64,000 nucleotides of DNA from a virus (lineage: Duplodnaviria > Caudoviricetes). The notes below the pieces were generated by a model, which did not search any database, was not told the DNA's origin, and saw only the letters and a program-made list of their open reading frames with translations. The translations under genes and the position numbers were made by a program. Positions 59,994 through 64,000 of this stretch are shown here, piece by piece (within the stretch, counting starts at the first letter, position 1; each line of letters begins with the position of its first letter). The DNA lies in the IMG/VR virus record IMGVR_UViG_3300031555_001586, positions 1 to 64,000 of that record. One strand, given 5' to 3'.

Positions 59994-60042
59994 AGTTATA
60001 ATACACACAACAAGAAGTTGCGATTCTTGTTAAAAACAAAAG

Positions 60043-63000
60043 AATACGGTTGTGCAAGACCCCGATACTGTAGGTACTGCCTTCAAGACCATAAGCATGA
60101 GAATTCGTGGTGCAAAAACTGAACTCGAAGAAGCAGGTCTTGAAACAGATGGTATGGTAGATTCCACTGCCAAATTACGTGAAGAAATCCTCGCTCTTTC
60201 TGGCGTGGACATCATGGAAAATGATAATCAATTTAAATCAACATATGATATTTTAGATGAACTTGCTGCTAAGTGGGAACATCTTAGCGACATCCAACAG
60301 GCCACTGTTACAGAACTTATAGCAGGAAAGCGTCAAGGCAACATTATTTCCAGCTTAATGACTAACTTTGATACCGCTCGTGAAGCACTCGAAGTTTCAA
60401 TGAACTCTGAAGGCTCAGCCATGGAAGAACATGCTAAGTGGAGCGAGTCTTTAGAGGCCAAACTTTTAAAACTTAAATCTACATGGCAGTCTTTATCTCA
60501 GTCCTTTATGAGTTCTGGATTCTTAAAGGGCGGTGTTAGTGCTCTTACTGGCTTTGTAGATGTAATAGATACTTTAATAAGTAAATTAGGTGTAATACCT
60601 ACTCTTTTGACAGGCTTATCCGCATTTCAATCGTTTAAAGGCAATGGTTTCTTTAAAGTAATTGAAGATGAGGCTGCTGCAAGCGGCAAAAGAATAGGGA
60701 CAATATTCAGCACATCTCTTTCTAGCGTAACTAAGCAGTTTAACAATATGGGCATTGGAACTAATGCAGAGTTTAGGAATTTATTAGATTCAGACATCAA
60801 TATTTTAAATAATTGGATGGATGAATTAAGCAAAGGCCCTCCTGTTGCCGATGCCTTTGATAATATATTTAAAAATGCCAGTAATAGCGCTAAAGAGTTT
60901 GCACAAAGCGGCAAACTTGCCTCAGAGGGCGTTGAAGGATTTGTTAAACAGCAGAAGACTGCTCAAGTCGCTATAGTAGCGCAGAATAATAATCTTTCTT
61001 CTGCAAAAGCCATTATGAAAGAATATAACAGTGGTTGTAAAAATACCGCAATGTCTCAAGAGGATTTTATATCTGCTGTTAGTTCTGGTAATACTGGTCT
61101 TTCCAAATATCTATCTGGATTAAATGGCGCAAAAGCATCAACTAGTGGATATATTGCATCACTAGTTGGTGCTAAAATTGCTACGATTGCTTTGGAAGCC
61201 GCTACAATGGCATTAAATGCTGCTCTTACGATGGGCATTTCTCTTGCAATTTCTGCCGCAATTAAAGCATTCGACGAATGGTATGTCTCTGCCAGTGAAT
61301 TGGCAGAAAAAGTAGACGAGGTTACAACTAAATACCAAGAGCAACATGGCGAGTTAACAAAGCTCAAAGGCGATTATGACACTACAAATGAAGATTCCAT
61401 GATTTCCAAATATGGGGAACTTTCTAAGGGTGTTGATGCTTTTGGTAAAAACATTTCCTTAACTGCTGATGAGTATGCTGAATATCAGAGTATTGTTGAA
61501 ACAATAGCTGGTCAAATTCCATCTCTTGTTTCTGGATATGATTCTCAAGGCAATGCTATTCTTAGCTGTGCTGGTAATGTACAACAACTTACTGCTGAAT
61601 ATGAAAAATTAATTAAAGCTCAAAATGATGAAATCTTAATAGGCTCATCTGGTGATATTAATAAGGATTTTCAAAATGCAGTAAAAGATGCCGAACATGA
61701 TACTGCTGGTTTCTTTGGTTGGAATTGGACTAAGGAACTTGGTTTGGGCGATTCTAAATTATCAACTCAGTCGGCGGAAATTTATGAAAATATTTTAAAT
61801 AGTGCAGATGCAGTCAAAGAGTTTAATAAAGCAATCAATACTGAGGGAAATGATTTAGAATCATTCTTAGATAATTCAGATGTGGATGCCATGTCTGAAT
61901 TATTAGAATCTGCCGGTTTTAAAAAAGAAGGAAGTTTTTGGAGCGGAAAAGAATCAAATGCGGAGCACATTAGAAGAGCGCTTGAGGAAGATGCGTCTAA
62001 GGTAAAAAATATTATAGACCAGTATTATGCAGGTTTGGAAGAAGAAGTAGAAGGTAAAAAATCTCAAGCCCAAGCTGCTTTAAGTAATGCTTTTGACCTT
62101 AGTGATTCTCAATATTATGGAATGAGCGATACTTTGAAGAATATTGCTCAACAAACTGCCAGTGGATTTGATTTTGAATTCTTTGCAGACCTTGAAGAAC
62201 AAGGGATTAGCGTTGAAAAATATGTAAACAATATGCTTGACCAACTTCAAGCTCTTAGTGACAATCAAGAAACTAAACTTGAGGCCGCTTTTAATCTTAG
62301 AACGCAATTTAACGATGATGAAATTTCTTACGGTGAATATGTTAGTGGCCTTGAAGATGCCGCTAGTATGGTTGATAAATTAAATTTACAACCAGAAGTT
62401 AAAAGTCAAATTAAATTAAGTCTTGGTTTAAATGAGGAAGGTTTAGTTGAAGAATATGAAAATCTCGCATCTCGTCTATCTGAAACAGAAACTGCTACTG
62501 GTAATGTTATAGGTTTTAGTAGTAAAGAAGTTGCAAAAGATTTTCTTGATGGGTTATCTTCTGATGAAGCTTCTGTTACATGGGATATCGTTACTGACCC
62601 GAACTTTGTCATACCAGAAGGTGCTACTGACGAAGTAAAGCAAGAGATACTTCAGCAAGCTATCGACCTTGAAATGATGCTTCAGGGTTTAAACTTTGAC
62701 TTAAATCTTGAAGTTGAGGCCGCTGGTATCGAAGCCCTTAATACTGCTTTGTCAGAATCTGTAACAGCTACTGGTTTGTCTTCTGAATCTATTTCTGCAC
62801 TGAGGTCTCGGTATGCTGGACTTGAGAATCAAGGTTTTGACCTCTCTTCTATGTTTGAAGAAACTTCTCATGGCATACGCATTAACAGACAAGAGTTTAA
62901 GAGATTTGAAAATGAACTTGCTTCTCAAAAAATAGCCGAAGTTGATGGCGAATTAGAGAGAATGAAAAAGACCTATGACGAGCTTGGTGAAGCTATGGAC

Positions 63001-64000
63001 GGTGCAAGTCCTGAAAGAAAAGCCGAACTATTTAGTCAGAGGAATTTACTTGCTCAAAGAATTGCCGAAGCTGGTGAATTAGCTGCTCAGTATGACGGTC
63101 TAACATCTTCTTATAATCAATGGTTAACCGCTGAATCTGCTGGCAATGAACGAGATATGTATGAGAATGTCATTAGTGGTTTTGAGACCGTTAAAGACGA
63201 ACTGTCTCGTGGTTGGGCTGATGATAGTACTATTGAGTTTCTTGAATTAGTTACTGGACGTACAGATTTAGCTAGTAAGTCTGGCAAGGAACTAAAGGAA
63301 GTCTATGATGGTTTAGATAAGACTATTAAAAATACTAAATACAGTGTTAAAGATTTCTTTACTGTTGATGATGAGGGCAATTCTACTAGTAAAGGCGTTT
63401 ATAATTTCTTAGATGCTGTTGGTCAATTAGAAGAAGAGGCTTTTGGTGGATTAGATGTTGTCAAGAGAGATAAGGGTGGCAATGTCATAGGTTTCGACTT
63501 CGAAATTGCTGGCGGAGATGAAGCTATTGCAGAAGCTCTTGGTATTAGTGAAGAACTTGTTCAGATTATGGTTCGTGCTGCTGACGATGCTGGTTTTGTC
63601 GTTAATATGGAGGGTACTTATACTCAATATGCAGACATGGCATCTGAAGCAGAAAATGCATCTAATAAATTAAAAGAGTTAAGTCAAGTAAATGATGATT
63701 TAGGTAAAAGGTTAAAGGCAACTGGTAGCGACTTTGAATTTGATTTTAATTCTACCAATGTAAAAACAGTTAAGAGCGAACTTGAAGAAGCTAATAAAAT
63801 ATTAGATACTTTCAAGAATAAAGACGGCACTATTAATATGGAAGCCGATGGCGCTGTTGAAGCTATGCAGATAGTTTCCACTCTTCAGGCAAGGCTTGAT
63901 AGTTTAGAAAGCGAAAAGTATGGTATTGGTCTTACGGTTGAAGACAAAGAATTTGAAGAGCCGTTGGAGCAACTTCAAAACTATGGACATACCGTAGCCG
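60043..64000 (+). CDS. tail tape measure protein, exon 2 (runs off the window end)
   Basis: Open frame from NTVVQDPDTVGTAFKTISMRIRG and IAGKRQGN; I saw no stop before the window end. Confidence 0.85.

Larger units (their letters stand above)
58144..60042 (+). mobile_element. group I intron (1899 nt) in the tape measure gene
   Basis: U.G pair at the 5' splice site in P1 (GGCAGCT with GGCTGTT), P AATTGCTGGGAAC, Q AATCAGCAG, R GTTCAACGAC, S AAGATATGGTCT, terminal G at 60042; splicing restores LITAA-NTVVQDP. Confidence 0.9.

Noticed and set aside
60030-63881. Minus-strand ORFs within tape-measure exon 2
   Set aside because: Antisense shadows of the continuous plus-strand frame

Overview
The whole window looks like phage DNA; I found no host housekeeping genes. 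It is part of a large SPbeta-like tailed phage (YonO-type RNA polymerase) of a low-GC Bacillota host, probably Clostridia (inference). It has two divergent arms. Left arm (1-30.2 kb, minus strand): about 70 mostly tiny early/accessory ORFs, including a tyrosine recombinase, a DUF262 protein, free-standing endonucleases, ArdC, a PPP-family phosphatase and a protein-kinase-like gene. It has about 25 near-consensus sigmaA promoters and several repeat families. A non-coding switch region at 30.2-31.7 kb may be the genome end or origin. Right arm (31.9-64 kb, plus strand): Rep-like protein, single-subunit RNAP, HU-like protein, two tRNAs, terminase, portal, protease/scaffold, capsid, head-tail and tail genes, RecU, a second tyrosine recombinase, and a tape-measure gene split by a 1.9-kb group I intron and cut off by the window end. 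Strongest unexplained signals: (1) arrays of tiny promoterless genes separated by TAAAA-N6-TTTTA sites, resembling gene cassettes; (2) roughly 80 copies of GTATA(A/T)TATAC confined to early intergenic DNA and denser toward the putative end, mixed with a perfect parS and Firmicutes LexA boxes; (3) a gene-less promoter-terminator unit making a ~145-nt RNA antisense to the Shine-Dalgarno and ACA-rich leaders of the early mRNAs; (4) an 8-nt stop-containing insertion that splits the terminase large subunit; (5) two inverted ~115-bp double-palindrome modules 25 kb apart. All family assignments come from motif recognition, not database searches, and repeat counts are by eye.
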